A stretch of DNA of 53,756 nt from an uncultured Erysipelotrichaceae bacterium (GCA_902783215.1 CACZQD010000066.1:1-53756); one strand, 5' to 3'. Positions 9,235 through 18,668 are shown, counted from the stretch's first letter. Program-made: numbers and translations. The notes: generated by a model not told the origin, from the letters alone.

Positions 9235-10294
9235 TTTAAATAAAACTATTAATTTATCACAATACAACAATATTTTAGTTGTATGTGATAAATTTTTATT
9301 AGAATCACCAGTTATAAAATTGTTACAAAGCAGTAATATAAATATTCATTTTTTTACAGATTTTCAAGCCAATCCTAAGTATGAAGAAGTAGTTAAGGGA
9401 ATTAATTTATTCAACAGTAAACAATGTGAATTAATAATAGCTATTGGTGGAGGAAGTTCTATTGATGTAGCTAAATGTATTAAAGCATTTGCTAAATTAG
9501 ATAGTAAAAAAAATTATTTAGAACAAGAAATAATTGATGATAAAACTAATTTAATAGCTATACCAACAACAGCAGGAACTGGTAGTGAATCTACACATTT
9601 TGCCGTTGTTTATTACAACAATAAAAAGTACTCAGTAGCAAGTAATTACATTCTACCTAACTATGTAGTTTTAGATTCACAATTTTTAGTAAGTTTACCA
9701 CTATATCAAAAAAAATCAACCATGCTAGATGCCTTATGTCAAGGTATAGAATCATATTGGAGTGTTAATTCAACTGATGAAAGCAAAAAATATGCAAAAG
9801 AAGCAATTAAACTAGTATTAAAAAACTATGAACAATATATTAAGCAGAATGAATCGGTATATAATGATATCTTAAAAGCAGCAAATTATAGTGGTAGAGC
9901 TATAAATATAAGTAAAACAACCGCACCACATGCTATGAGTTATAAAATAACATCATTGTATGGTATCAGTCATGGACATTCAGTTGCACTTTGTTTGCCA
10001 TTTGTCTGGGAATATATGATACATAATATGAATTTAACTATAGATAAGAGAGGAAAAGAATATCTTAATCAAATATTTAACGATTTAGATAAATTATTTG
10101 AATGCCAAACACATGAACAATCAGTCAATAAATTTAAACAAATATTAAATAAAATTGATATCAATTGTAGTAATATAGTAAAAGAAGATGATTTAAATAT
10201 ATTAACATCTTCTGTAAATGTAGAACGTTTGAGTAATAATCCAGTAAGTTTAAATAAAGAAGAAACCAAGAAAATATATATGAAACTAATGTAA
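9206..10294 (+). CDS. Group III iron-containing alcohol dehydrogenase (candidate phosphonoacetaldehyde reductase)
   Basis: GGGSSIDVAKC motif and His-rich metal-site region (APHAMSY, SHGHSVA). Strong RBS GGAGTAAGGAAG. It overlaps the upstream gene by 29 nt. Confidence 0.75.
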   Translation: MQKFIEKISDLNKTINLSQYNNILVVCDKFLLESPVIKLLQSSNINIHFFTDFQANPKYEEVVKGINLFNSKQCELIIAIGGGSSIDVAKCIKAFAKLDSKKNYLEQEIIDDKTNLIAIPTTAGTGSESTHFAVVYYNNKKYSVASNYILPNYVVLDSQFLVSLPLYQKKSTMLDALCQGIESYWSVNSTDESKKYAKEAIKLVLKNYEQYIKQNESVYNDILKAANYSGRAINISKTTAPHAMSYKITSLYGISHGHSVALCLPFVWEYMIHNMNLTIDKRGKEYLNQIFNDLDKLFECQTHEQSVNKFKQILNKIDINCSNIVKEDDLNILTSSVNVERLSNNPVSLNKEETKKIYMKLM

Positions 10295-10303
10295 TTTTAT
10301 AGG

Positions 10304-13009
10304 GTGGTGTATGTTGTGAAAAAGAAAGTAAAAGTATCTATAATTGTACCAGTATACAATGTAGAAAAATATATAGAACGTTGTTTAATCTCTTTGATTA
10401 ATCAAACATTGGATAGCTATGAAATCATAGTTGTTAATGATGAAAGCCCTGATAATAGTCAACAAATTATAGATACATATGTTAAAAAGTATCCAAATAA
10501 AATAAAATCATATATAAAAAATAATGGTGGGCCCGGGGACGCTAGGAATTATGGTGTTAAGAAAGCTACTGGTGAATATATTGGTTTTGTTGATAGTGAT
10601 GATTGTATTAATGAAAATATGTTTGAATTAATGTACGAAAAAGGCAAAAAAGAAAACTCTGATGTTGTAGTATGTGACTATGCAACCTTTGATGAGGGAT
10701 CAATTCAAAACAAGAATATTTTTAATAATTTAGACAAGTTTCCAAATAACGTTGAAAATGAACCAACTATACTTTTTGATTGTAAACCATATATATGGAA
10801 TAAAATCTATAAAAGAAAGTGGTATGTCAAAAATAACTTTTCTTTTCCAATAAATCAATGGTTTGAAGATGATGCTGTAATCTATAATATTTTATATAGT
10901 GCAAATAAAATATCATCATTAGATGAAGTTTTATATTATTACTATAATACAAATAATTCTTCGATTACAAATACTATAAGCATGAAAATTTTTGATATTT
11001 TTAAAGCTACACAGAGTATTTTTGATTTTTATCAATCACACACAACTAAAAAAGAAGTTTTAGATGTAGCAGAGAGATTATGTCAAATACATATTTTTGT
11101 TCGTCTTAATTTTCTGATAAAAAAATCGACAGATAAGAAGTTAATGATAAAGTTTTATAAAAAAGCAAATAAGTTTTTTAATCAACATTTTCCAAAGTGG
11201 TCCAAGAATCCTTATTATAAACAAGTTTCCAAGAAAAATATATATTTAAGAATTAGACATATTCCTTGGTTAATGTATATCTATTTCTTAACACCAAAAA
11301 AGTTTAAATCATTTGTAAAATTGATTACTAAAAAGAAATCAAGACAAAGAAAAAGAAGTAAGAATTATATAAGTAAGGATAGACTTAGACAACTTCAGTT
11401 AATAGAATTAGATATATTAAAGGAAATAGATAAAGTTTGTAAAGATAATAATATTACATATTATTTGGGTGAAGGAACATTATTAGGCGCAATCAGACAT
11501 AAAGGATTTATACCATGGGATGATGATTTAGATATAGTTATGCCCAGAAAAGATTATATAAAGTTTTTAGAAATAGCAGATAAAAAATTATCATCAAAAT
11601 ATGAATTACTGAATGAACATAAAGATGATAATTATTATTTACCTTTTTCTAAAGTTATATCTTTAGATAAACACGGATTTATTAATAATTTAGATAAATT
11701 TTCAAATAATTACTCTGGACCATATGTTGATATTTTTCCACTGGATTATGTGGATACTATAAATAAAAAGAAAGTGGAAAGAAAATATCGAAAAATTAGA
11801 AAAATTAGGGATATGTTATTATTTAAAGTTGACTATTTTAAACCAAATACTAAAAAGAGAATTTTATATAAAATAGAATCTAACTATTATTCCAACAAAA
11901 AATTATATGATAAATTAAATAAAATAATTATTAATACAGATAGTTCAAATAAATATATGTGTAATTTTGCAAGTTCTTATCATCCAAAGAAACAACTCGT
12001 TCCAAAAGAAGTTTATGGTAAACCAAAATATATTCAATTTGAAGATACTTTGTTTCCTGTTCCTAATGATTCAGACAAATTGTTAACTATAATATATGGA
12101 GATTATATGAAACTTCCTCCAATCCAGCAACGCAAATCAAAGCATGGATTTTATGATGAAGTATCTGCATATAATATTGTGGAAACTAAGAAACAAGAAG
12201 ACGAAGAAATGGATATGTTATTAGAACAAGAAATGAGTCAATTGCACAATATAGAATTAAGTATTTTAAAAGAAATAGATAAGATATGTAAAAAACATAA
12301 AATAAATTATTATTTAGGAGAAGGTTCAATGTTAGGAGCAATAAGACATCATGGATTTATACCTTGGGATGATGATATTGATCTTTTAATGAAACGCAAT
12401 GATTATGAAAAATTTTTGAAGATTGCTCCTAAGGAAATCTCTAAAAATTATGAGATACAACATTCTTCTTTAATTGATAATTATTGGTCACCATTTATAA
12501 AAGTTCGCTATTTAAAAAAATGTAATTTTAAGCAAAAACATATTGAACATTTAACAGATCATAATGGTCCATTAATAGATATTTTTCCGTTGGATAATGT
12601 ACCAAAAAAGAATAGTTTGAAACAATTCATGCAAGCATTTACTATTAAACTTAATAGAGGTATGTTATCATATAAATTGAGACTTCGACAACCAAAAAAA
12701 ATAAAAGGATATATTGTTAAATTCTTATCTAATTTTGTTTCTGTGAATAGAATACATAAAACTTTGAATAAAACATTTATCAAGTATAATAATAAAAATA
12801 ACAAATACATTGTTAATTTAGGAAGTTATTATAGTTATAAGAAGCAAACACATCCTAAAAATTGGTATGGAAAGCCTAGAATAGTTTCGTTTGAAAAAAA
12901 TAAATATCCTATACCAAAAGAAGCAGAAAAAATATTATCAAGTGTTTATGGTAATTATATGGAGTTACCTCCAAAAAATAAAAGAATTATTAAACATCAT
13001 TTTGAATAA
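10304..13009 (+). CDS. Tri-domain family-2 glycosyltransferase + two LicD-type phosphotransferase domains
   Basis: GT2 motif VSIIVPVYN...VVNDESPDNS. Two LicD modules (YYLGEGTLLGAIRHKGFIPWDDDLDI and YYLGEGSMLGAIRHHGFIPWDDDIDL). The start is ambiguous among in-frame GTGs at 10304, 10307 and 10316. Confidence 0.8.
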   Translation: MVYVVKKKVKVSIIVPVYNVEKYIERCLISLINQTLDSYEIIVVNDESPDNSQQIIDTYVKKYPNKIKSYIKNNGGPGDARNYGVKKATGEYIGFVDSDDCINENMFELMYEKGKKENSDVVVCDYATFDEGSIQNKNIFNNLDKFPNNVENEPTILFDCKPYIWNKIYKRKWYVKNNFSFPINQWFEDDAVIYNILYSANKISSLDEVLYYYYNTNNSSITNTISMKIFDIFKATQSIFDFYQSHTTKKEVLDVAERLCQIHIFVRLNFLIKKSTDKKLMIKFYKKANKFFNQHFPKWSKNPYYKQVSKKNIYLRIRHIPWLMYIYFLTPKKFKSFVKLITKKKSRQRKRSKNYISKDRLRQLQLIELDILKEIDKVCKDNNITYYLGEGTLLGAIRHKGFIPWDDDLDIVMPRKDYIKFLEIADKKLSSKYELLNEHKDDNYYLPFSKVISLDKHGFINNLDKFSNNYSGPYVDIFPLDYVDTINKKKVERKYRKIRKIRDMLLFKVDYFKPNTKKRILYKIESNYYSNKKLYDKLNKIIINTDSSNKYMCNFASSYHPKKQLVPKEVYGKPKYIQFEDTLFPVPNDSDKLLTIIYGDYMKLPPIQQRKSKHGFYDEVSAYNIVETKKQEDEEMDMLLEQEMSQLHNIELSILKEIDKICKKHKINYYLGEGSMLGAIRHHGFIPWDDDIDLLMKRNDYEKFLKIAPKEISKNYEIQHSSLIDNYWSPFIKVRYLKKCNFKQKHIEHLTDHNGPLIDIFPLDNVPKKNSLKQFMQAFTIKLNRGMLSYKLRLRQPKKIKGYIVKFLSNFVSVNRIHKTLNKTFIKYNNKNNKYIVNLGSYYSYKKQTHPKNWYGKPRIVSFEKNKYPIPKEAEKILSSVYGNYMELPPKNKRIIKHHFE

Positions 13010-13032
13010 GATTTATTCTTATTCTTTTTTTG
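13004..13032 (+). terminator. Rho-independent terminator closing the phosphonate cluster
   Basis: Stem gaataag/cttattc spans the stop codon and is followed by T8. Confidence 0.65.
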
Positions 13033-13078
13033 AAATCAACTTTTTGGGATATTTGCATACATTAAAATGAGGAGTGAT

Positions 13079-13615
13079 ATGATGGCATCATATAAGGAAA
13101 TTGTTACAAAAGCTATTATCGGTAAAGGTAAAAAATATTTTAAAGATAACTATTCTTTAGAAGTTAATAATAAACCATCTACTATATTAGGGTGTTGGGT
13201 AATAAATCATAATTTTAAAGGATATAAAACAGGTGATAAAATAGGTGTGAATGGTAGTTATGATGTTAATATTTGGTATTCATATGATAATGATTCTAAA
13301 ACTATGGTAGCTAATAAAAAAATAGATTATAGTAATGAATTTTCAGTAAGAATAAGAGAAAACGCAGATTTAAATAGTGATACCGATATTATTGTTCGCC
13401 CTTTAAAACAACCAAGTTGTTCAGGAGTAAATATTGATGGAAATAAAATATCTTTTGATATAGAAAAAGAATTAGGAGTTGAAATAGTAGGGGAAACTAA
13501 AATGAAAATAGCTATTGAAGATGATGAAGATCCTTGGGATGAAATTGAAGATGAAGTTGATAAAAAAATAGAAGAAGATATCGATAATAGTGTTAATGAA
13601 GAGTATATTGATTAA
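13079..13615 (+). CDS. cotE: Spore coat morphogenetic protein CotE homolog
   Basis: Colinear with B. subtilis CotE as I recall it (YKEIVTKAIIGKGKKYF..PSTILGCWVINH..YDVNIWYSY..EIVGETK, plus an acidic C-terminal tail). RBS GAGGAG. Confidence 0.75.
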   Translation: MMASYKEIVTKAIIGKGKKYFKDNYSLEVNNKPSTILGCWVINHNFKGYKTGDKIGVNGSYDVNIWYSYDNDSKTMVANKKIDYSNEFSVRIRENADLNSDTDIIVRPLKQPSCSGVNIDGNKISFDIEKELGVEIVGETKMKIAIEDDEDPWDEIEDEVDKKIEEDIDNSVNEEYID

Positions 13616-13644
13616 TATACTTTTTAATTGTTAACAAAAAAAGG

Positions 13645-13673
13645 TTGACACGTCAAAAAAAATATGATAGAAT
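13645..13673 (+). promoter_or_regulatory. Sigma-A promoter of rpsP
   Basis: TTGACA, 17 nt, TAGAAT, with an extended -10 TG. Confidence 0.6.
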
Positions 13674-13698
13674 TGATTAAAGAAATGGAGGGAAATAC

Positions 13699-13980
13699 AT
13701 GGCTGTAAAATTAAGATTAAAAAGAATGGGAGCAAAAGGTAGACCATTTTATCGTATTGTAGCTGCAGATTCAAGAAGTCCAAGAGATGGTAAATTTATT
13801 GAGAAAATTGGTTATTATAACCCAACTGAAGATCCAGCAGTAACTAAAATTGATGAAGAATTAGCAATGAAATGGTTACGTAATGGTGCTATTCCAACAG
13901 ATACAGTTAGAAATTTATTTAGTAAAGAAGGAATTATGAAAAAATTCCATGAAGAAAAAATGAAGAAAGCTGGTGAGTAA
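13699..13980 (+). CDS. rpsP: 30S ribosomal protein S16
   Basis: [42 protein letters not shown] is canonical S16. Confidence 0.95.
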   Translation: MAVKLRLKRMGAKGRPFYRIVAADSRSPRDGKFIEKIGYYNPTEDPAVTKIDEELAMKWLRNGAIPTDTVRNLFSKEGIMKKFHEEKMKKAGE

Positions 13981-14224
13981 GTTGGATTTAGTAGAATTAA
14001 CAAAAACATTAGTATCCAATTTAGTTAATGATAAAGATAGTGTACAAATTAACTTAATAGAAGAAGATAAAGTTAAAATTATTCAAGTATTAGTAAAAGA
14101 AGAAGATGTTGCCTCAGTTATAGGCAAAAGAGGTAGTATTGCAAATGCAATAAGAACTTTAGTACAAGCATCAGCTTACATCAACAAATTAGGCTCAGTA
14201 AGAGTTAATATTGATAGTTTATAA
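13973..14224 (+). CDS. KH-domain RNA-binding protein (YlqC family)
   Basis: It immediately follows rpsP, as in other Bacillota. KH GxxG-type motif [13 protein letters not shown]. Non-ATG start (GTG 13973 or TTG 13982). Confidence 0.8.
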   Translation: MSKLDLVELTKTLVSNLVNDKDSVQINLIEEDKVKIIQVLVKEEDVASVIGKRGSIANAIRTLVQASAYINKLGSVRVNIDSL

Positions 14225-14254
14225 TGACATTTTTATGTCATTTTTATTTTTTTT
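14224..14254 (+). terminator. Rho-independent terminator after the rpsP-KH operon
   Basis: atgacat/atgtcat stem followed by a long T-run. Confidence 0.65.
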
Positions 14255-14334
14255 ATAAAATGAGAAAAAAGTATTTACTTGTCAAAATATATGTGATAAC
14301 ATATTAATGTAATGTAAGATAGGAGGTATAGAAA

Positions 14335-16572
14335 GTGAAAAAATTACATTATTTATTAATAGTATTCGCATTATTTTTAGTATGTGGTATTAATGTAAAA
14401 GCAGCAAGTAAAACAATAAGCAATGGTACATATACAATTTCAAGCGCAATACATAATGGTTATGTACTAGATGTAACAGGCGGAACTATGAAAAATCGTA
14501 CTAATATTCAGCTTTATAATGGGTTAAATAGTAAATCTCAACAATGGAAAGTAACTTATTTGGGAAGTGGATATTATAGTATCGTTAGTGCCAAAAATAC
14601 TTCTTACGCACTCGATTTTGCTGGAACAAAGAAGAAAAATGGTACAAATATTCAACTATGGAAATACAAAAAAACAAACAAATCACAGCATTGGATAATC
14701 AAAGATGCAGGGGATGGATATTATTATATAATAGCTAGAAACACAGGATTATATGCATCAGTAAAAGGAAGACAAGCTGTTAATAAATCTAATATTCATG
14801 CTTGGACTGGTTATAGTGGAAAAGCTCAAAAATTTGTTTTCTCACCGGTTGTGAAGGGAACAAAAACAATTTCAGATGGTACATATGTTATATCATCAAA
14901 ACTATCAAATAGTAAAGTAGTTGAGTTTGAAGGAAATAAGCCTAAAAACTGTGCTAATGTTCAATTGAACCAATTTACAAATGGAATTAACCAACATTGG
15001 TATGTAAGTTATTTAGGAAATGGATATTATAGTATTAAAAATTTATATATTGATGATTATTCGTTAGATGTAGCTGGAATAGGAAAAACAAAAAAGACTA
15101 ATGTTCAGCTATATAAATCAAACGGTTATGATGGTCAACAATTTGTAATTCAAAGTGCAGGAAATGGTTATTATAAAATAATTGCAAAGAATAGTGGACT
15201 AGCTATTGATATTGCTGGAGCAAAATCAGCTAATGGTACAAATATTCAAACTTGGACAAACTTTAATACAAATGGACAATTATTTAAATTTACTAAAGCA
15301 ACATATATTTCAGCACCGGAGGTTGCAATTGATTATGATGATGATAATGGAGATGAACCAACACGATATGTTATTTCTTATAGCTATTTTGGCGAAGAAG
15401 AAGATTATGATGGTGTAGAAATATATGGCTCTTCTGATGGTAATAATTTCTCAAAGATTAATAATAATGGGGAAAAAAGAATATATGCTGATGTAAATGA
15501 TAAAGCTATGTTTTTCAAAGTAAGATTATATAAAAATACTTATAATGGAAAAGCATATAGTGATTTTTCTAATGTGGAAGGAATAAACTTATTAGAGGCA
15601 AAATTATTGACTCATAAAATTGATGAAAATGACGAAAATGTTACCTATAATATTGTAATAGATGTTCCTAGTATTGCTTTTTTTCATGACTTTGTTGAAG
15701 ATAAGGATCCTTTATTAGAAATAGAGAAATTATCTACTGATACTGGGACTTGGGAACACTATGCTACAGAAAATGGTTATCAAAAGACAATGACTATTCC
15801 AAAAAACATGAGTTGGATTGATTCTTTTGATTCATATTATAGAATGAGAATTGTTTATGAGGAAAATGGTGTTCAAAAATATAGTGATTATGTAGAATTT
15901 AGTTTATATAGTATTTTGATTACTGAACCATCATTTGATATGAATGTTGATACACAGAATAATGAAGATGGAACTGCTGATTATACATTTTCAGCACCTA
16001 AAGATTTTGAAAATGTCAATTACATGATATTGTATGAATTGGATGAAAATAATGACATTATAAATACAGTTTATGAAGGCAAAGAATTAAGTTACACATT
16101 GCATGTTGAAGATGATATGAATAAACGTTATCAAATGTATCTATATAATAGAGAAGATGGAGAAGATGGAGAAGATAGCTATTCTATAGAACTATTAAAA
16201 GTTTCAAGTATTTATGAAGTAGATTACCGTTATCCTACAGTAAAAATGTTTAATTTTATAGTTGATAATGACGAAGAAATGGGACAATATTATTCTTTTA
16301 ATATAAAAGGATTAAGCAATATGCCTTTGGAAGTAACTCATGCTGAACTATTTGCATTAAATGTAAATGATGAATCTGAGTATTCATTGGATACTTTTAT
16401 GAATCTAAATGATCTTAATGATTTTGTAGATATTGATTCACCAATACATCGTTATGTAAATGAATATACATTTGAAAATACTAAAATATATAAGCTAGCT
16501 TTAAAACTTTATGATAATAATAATGAAGTTATTGATACTATATATAGTAATGAATTAGATTATAATGAATAA
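14335..16572 (+). CDS. Secreted protein with two ricin-B (beta-trefoil) lectin domains and about four C-terminal beta-sandwich-like modules
   Basis: Signal peptide (LIVFALFLVCGINVKA). Two sets of (QxW)3-type repeats (SQQWKV, SQHWII, AQKFVF; NQHWYV, GQQFVI, GQLFKF). The repeated C-terminal modules end in YSD-like motifs. No LPXTG. Confidence 0.75.
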   Translation: MKKLHYLLIVFALFLVCGINVKAASKTISNGTYTISSAIHNGYVLDVTGGTMKNRTNIQLYNGLNSKSQQWKVTYLGSGYYSIVSAKNTSYALDFAGTKKKNGTNIQLWKYKKTNKSQHWIIKDAGDGYYYIIARNTGLYASVKGRQAVNKSNIHAWTGYSGKAQKFVFSPVVKGTKTISDGTYVISSKLSNSKVVEFEGNKPKNCANVQLNQFTNGINQHWYVSYLGNGYYSIKNLYIDDYSLDVAGIGKTKKTNVQLYKSNGYDGQQFVIQSAGNGYYKIIAKNSGLAIDIAGAKSANGTNIQTWTNFNTNGQLFKFTKATYISAPEVAIDYDDDNGDEPTRYVISYSYFGEEEDYDGVEIYGSSDGNNFSKINNNGEKRIYADVNDKAMFFKVRLYKNTYNGKAYSDFSNVEGINLLEAKLLTHKIDENDENVTYNIVIDVPSIAFFHDFVEDKDPLLEIEKLSTDTGTWEHYATENGYQKTMTIPKNMSWIDSFDSYYRMRIVYEENGVQKYSDYVEFSLYSILITEPSFDMNVDTQNNEDGTADYTFSAPKDFENVNYMILYELDENNDIINTVYEGKELSYTLHVEDDMNKRYQMYLYNREDGEDGEDSYSIELLKVSSIYEVDYRYPTVKMFNFIVDNDEEMGQYYSFNIKGLSNMPLEVTHAELFALNVNDESEYSLDTFMNLNDLNDFVDIDSPIHRYVNEYTFENTKIYKLALKLYDNNNEVIDTIYSNELDYNE

Positions 16573-16581
16573 TTAATTAAA

Positions 16582-16616
16582 AATTGAACTTTTATAATAT
16601 GAGTTCAATTTTTTTC
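16582..16616 (+). terminator. Rho-independent terminator after the lectin gene
   Basis: 9-bp stem aattgaact/agttcaatt plus T6. Confidence 0.7.
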
Positions 16617-16672
16617 TTGTATTAATTTCTTATCTGTATTATAATATTTATAGAGAATTATGGAGGGAATAA

Positions 16673-17473
16673 ATGAAAACAAGATTAATTAGTGCGATAG
16701 TAGTTATATTACTTGCTATACCAGTTTTTTTATATGGAGGTATTATCTTTAAAATAGCATTTTATGTAATTGCTATGTTAGGTTTAAGAGAATATTTAAA
16801 TGTTAGAGCTAAAAGAAAGGATTTTCCTATATTTATTAAATTAATTGCATATCTTTGTTTAACACTCATATATTTTACATTTAATATAAAACAAAATATG
16901 GCTATTGATGCGGATATAAGGTATATTACGGGTTTACTTTTAATTATGTTTGTACCAATGTTATTATACAAAGAAAAAAATGAATATAATATTAATGATG
17001 CCTGTTATGTAATTAGTGGTGTATTACTTGTTTCAATATCGATGTTATTAGCTACTGTTTATCGTAATATTGGATTAAGTTTAATAATTTATTTATTTTT
17101 AGTAACTGTTTTAACTGATACTTTTGCTTATTTGACTGGAATGTTAATTGGAAAACATAAATTACTTGAAAGTATTTCACCAAATAAAACTTGGGAAGGA
17201 TTTATTGGTGGTAGTGTGATGGGGACATTTGTAAGTGCAATGTTTTATATTACAGTAATTAATCCTCAAATATCTTTATCGCTTATTATTTTTACTACTT
17301 TACTTTTAAGTATTATTGGCCAATTAGGAGATTTATTCTTTTCGGCTATTAAAAGATATTATAAAGTTAAAGATTTTTCTAATATTATGCCTGGTCATGG
17401 TGGAATATTAGATAGATTAGATAGTATTATATTTGTAATACTTGCATATAGTCTAATTATCACAATATTATAG
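16673..17473 (+). CDS. cdsA: Phosphatidate cytidylyltransferase
   Basis: Polytopic membrane protein with the CdsA signature SAIKRYYKVKDFSNIMPGHGGILDRLDS. Confidence 0.9.
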   Translation: MKTRLISAIVVILLAIPVFLYGGIIFKIAFYVIAMLGLREYLNVRAKRKDFPIFIKLIAYLCLTLIYFTFNIKQNMAIDADIRYITGLLLIMFVPMLLYKEKNEYNINDACYVISGVLLVSISMLLATVYRNIGLSLIIYLFLVTVLTDTFAYLTGMLIGKHKLLESISPNKTWEGFIGGSVMGTFVSAMFYITVINPQISLSLIIFTTLLLSIIGQLGDLFFSAIKRYYKVKDFSNIMPGHGGILDRLDSIIFVILAYSLIITIL

Positions 17474-17481
17474 GAGGTCAT

Positions 17482-18516
17482 ATGTCATTTTTAATCACAC
17501 TTATTTGTTTTATATTTATACTAGGAATTACTGTAACAATACATGAATTTGGACACTTTTTGTTTGCTAAAAAGGCTGGAATATATGTTTATGAGTTTTC
17601 AATTGGAATGGGTCCACGACTAAAGAAATTTAATCGCAAAAATGATGAAACAGAGTATTCAATTCGCTTATTACCAATTGGTGGATATGTTCAAATGGCT
17701 GGTGAAGAGGTTGAAGCTGATGAAAATATTCCAAAGAATAAAAGGCTTCAATCTAAAACTTGGTTACAACGTTTTATGACTATGGTTGCTGGAGTAATGT
17801 TTAATTTTTTACTTGCTATAGTTGTATTATTTATTATTGCTTTAATAAAAGGTGTTACTTTAAATGCTACATACATTAGTGAAAGTAATGTTCCAGGTGT
17901 TGAAGTTGGTGATAAGATAGTTAATGTTAATGGCCATTTTGTTAATAATTATGATAAACTTGCTTTAGAGTTAACTGTAGCAGGCAAGAAAGATTTTAAT
18001 ATTAAAGTAAAGCACAAAGATGGATCTTATGATACTGTTAAAATTCATCCTAAAGCTGTTTATGAAAAAAAGGAATTAAAAGGATATGAATATGGCTTTA
18101 ATATAACTGGAACACATAAACATAGTTTATTATCATCTATTCAATATGCTTTTGTAAAATTCTTCAATACAGTAGAGCAAATGTTCTTTACAATATGGTA
18201 TTTAATAACTGGTAAGATCAGTTTAAAAATGTTATCTGGACCAGTTGGAATATTTAGTATTGTTGGTCAAGCAGCATCCACTGGTATAATGACATTACTT
18301 TCATTACTTGCCTTAATAAGTATTAATGTTGGATTTATCAATTTACTTCCAATACCAGCGTTTGATGGAGGACATATCTTATTTTTAATAATTGAAAAAA
18401 TAAAGGGTAGTCCAGTTAACCCGAAAATTGAAAATACTGTTCATACCATTTTCTTTGTATTATTAATGATATTGATGCTCTATATAACATTTAATGATGT
18501 TTTAAAATTATTTTAA
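17482..18516 (+). CDS. rseP: RIP zinc metalloprotease (site-2 protease)
   Basis: HEFGH motif in TM1, a central PDZ-like region and C-terminal NLLPIPAFDGG. Conserved cdsA-rseP order. Confidence 0.9.
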   Translation: MSFLITLICFIFILGITVTIHEFGHFLFAKKAGIYVYEFSIGMGPRLKKFNRKNDETEYSIRLLPIGGYVQMAGEEVEADENIPKNKRLQSKTWLQRFMTMVAGVMFNFLLAIVVLFIIALIKGVTLNATYISESNVPGVEVGDKIVNVNGHFVNNYDKLALELTVAGKKDFNIKVKHKDGSYDTVKIHPKAVYEKKELKGYEYGFNITGTHKHSLLSSIQYAFVKFFNTVEQMFFTIWYLITGKISLKMLSGPVGIFSIVGQAASTGIMTLLSLLALISINVGFINLLPIPAFDGGHILFLIIEKIKGSPVNPKIENTVHTIFFVLLMILMLYITFNDVLKLF

Positions 18517-18539
18517 CAAGTAGTTTACTACTTGTTTTA
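18516..18539 (+). terminator. Hairpin/terminator after rseP
   Basis: acaagtag/ctacttgt stem followed by TTTT. Confidence 0.5.
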
Positions 18540-18540
18540 T

Positions 18541-18625
18541 GTAGGAGTGGCGGAATTGGTAGACGCGCAGGCTTGAGGGGCTTGTGAGTTATCTCGTGTG
18601 GGTTCAAGTCCCATCTCCTGCACCA
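18541..18625 (+). tRNA. tRNA-Leu (anticodon GAG), CCA encoded
   Basis: I folded the cloverleaf by hand: acceptor gtaggag/ctcctgc, anticodon loop ttGAGgg, long variable arm, T-loop ttcaagt. Confidence 0.9.
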
Positions 18626-18641
18626 TTAAATAATAAGTATA

Positions 18642-18668
18642 AATAGTGATTAAATTCACTATTTTTTG
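18642..18668 (+). terminator. Rho-independent terminator after tRNA-Leu
   Basis: aatagtga/tcactatt stem plus a T-run. Confidence 0.65.

Noticed and set aside
12559-12810. Short antisense or alternate-frame ORFs from the track (for example 3214-3405, 4529-4723, 6470-6697, 7881-8072, 10069-10269, 12559-12810, 13815-14009, 15206-15418, 16762-16971, 21558-21839, 26597-26818, 27128-27334, 28258-28467, 29677-29898, 33080-33310, 35096-35284, 36109-36399, 36898-37089, 50540-50722)
   Set aside because: All are nested in longer ORFs that carry clear family motifs. They lack RBSs and have low-complexity translations, so I treat them as shadow ORFs.
16150-16176. GAAGATGGA micro-repeat (EDGEDGED) in the lectin gene
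   Set aside because: It has only about two to three copies of a 9-nt unit in an acidic linker, too short to call a variable repeat.
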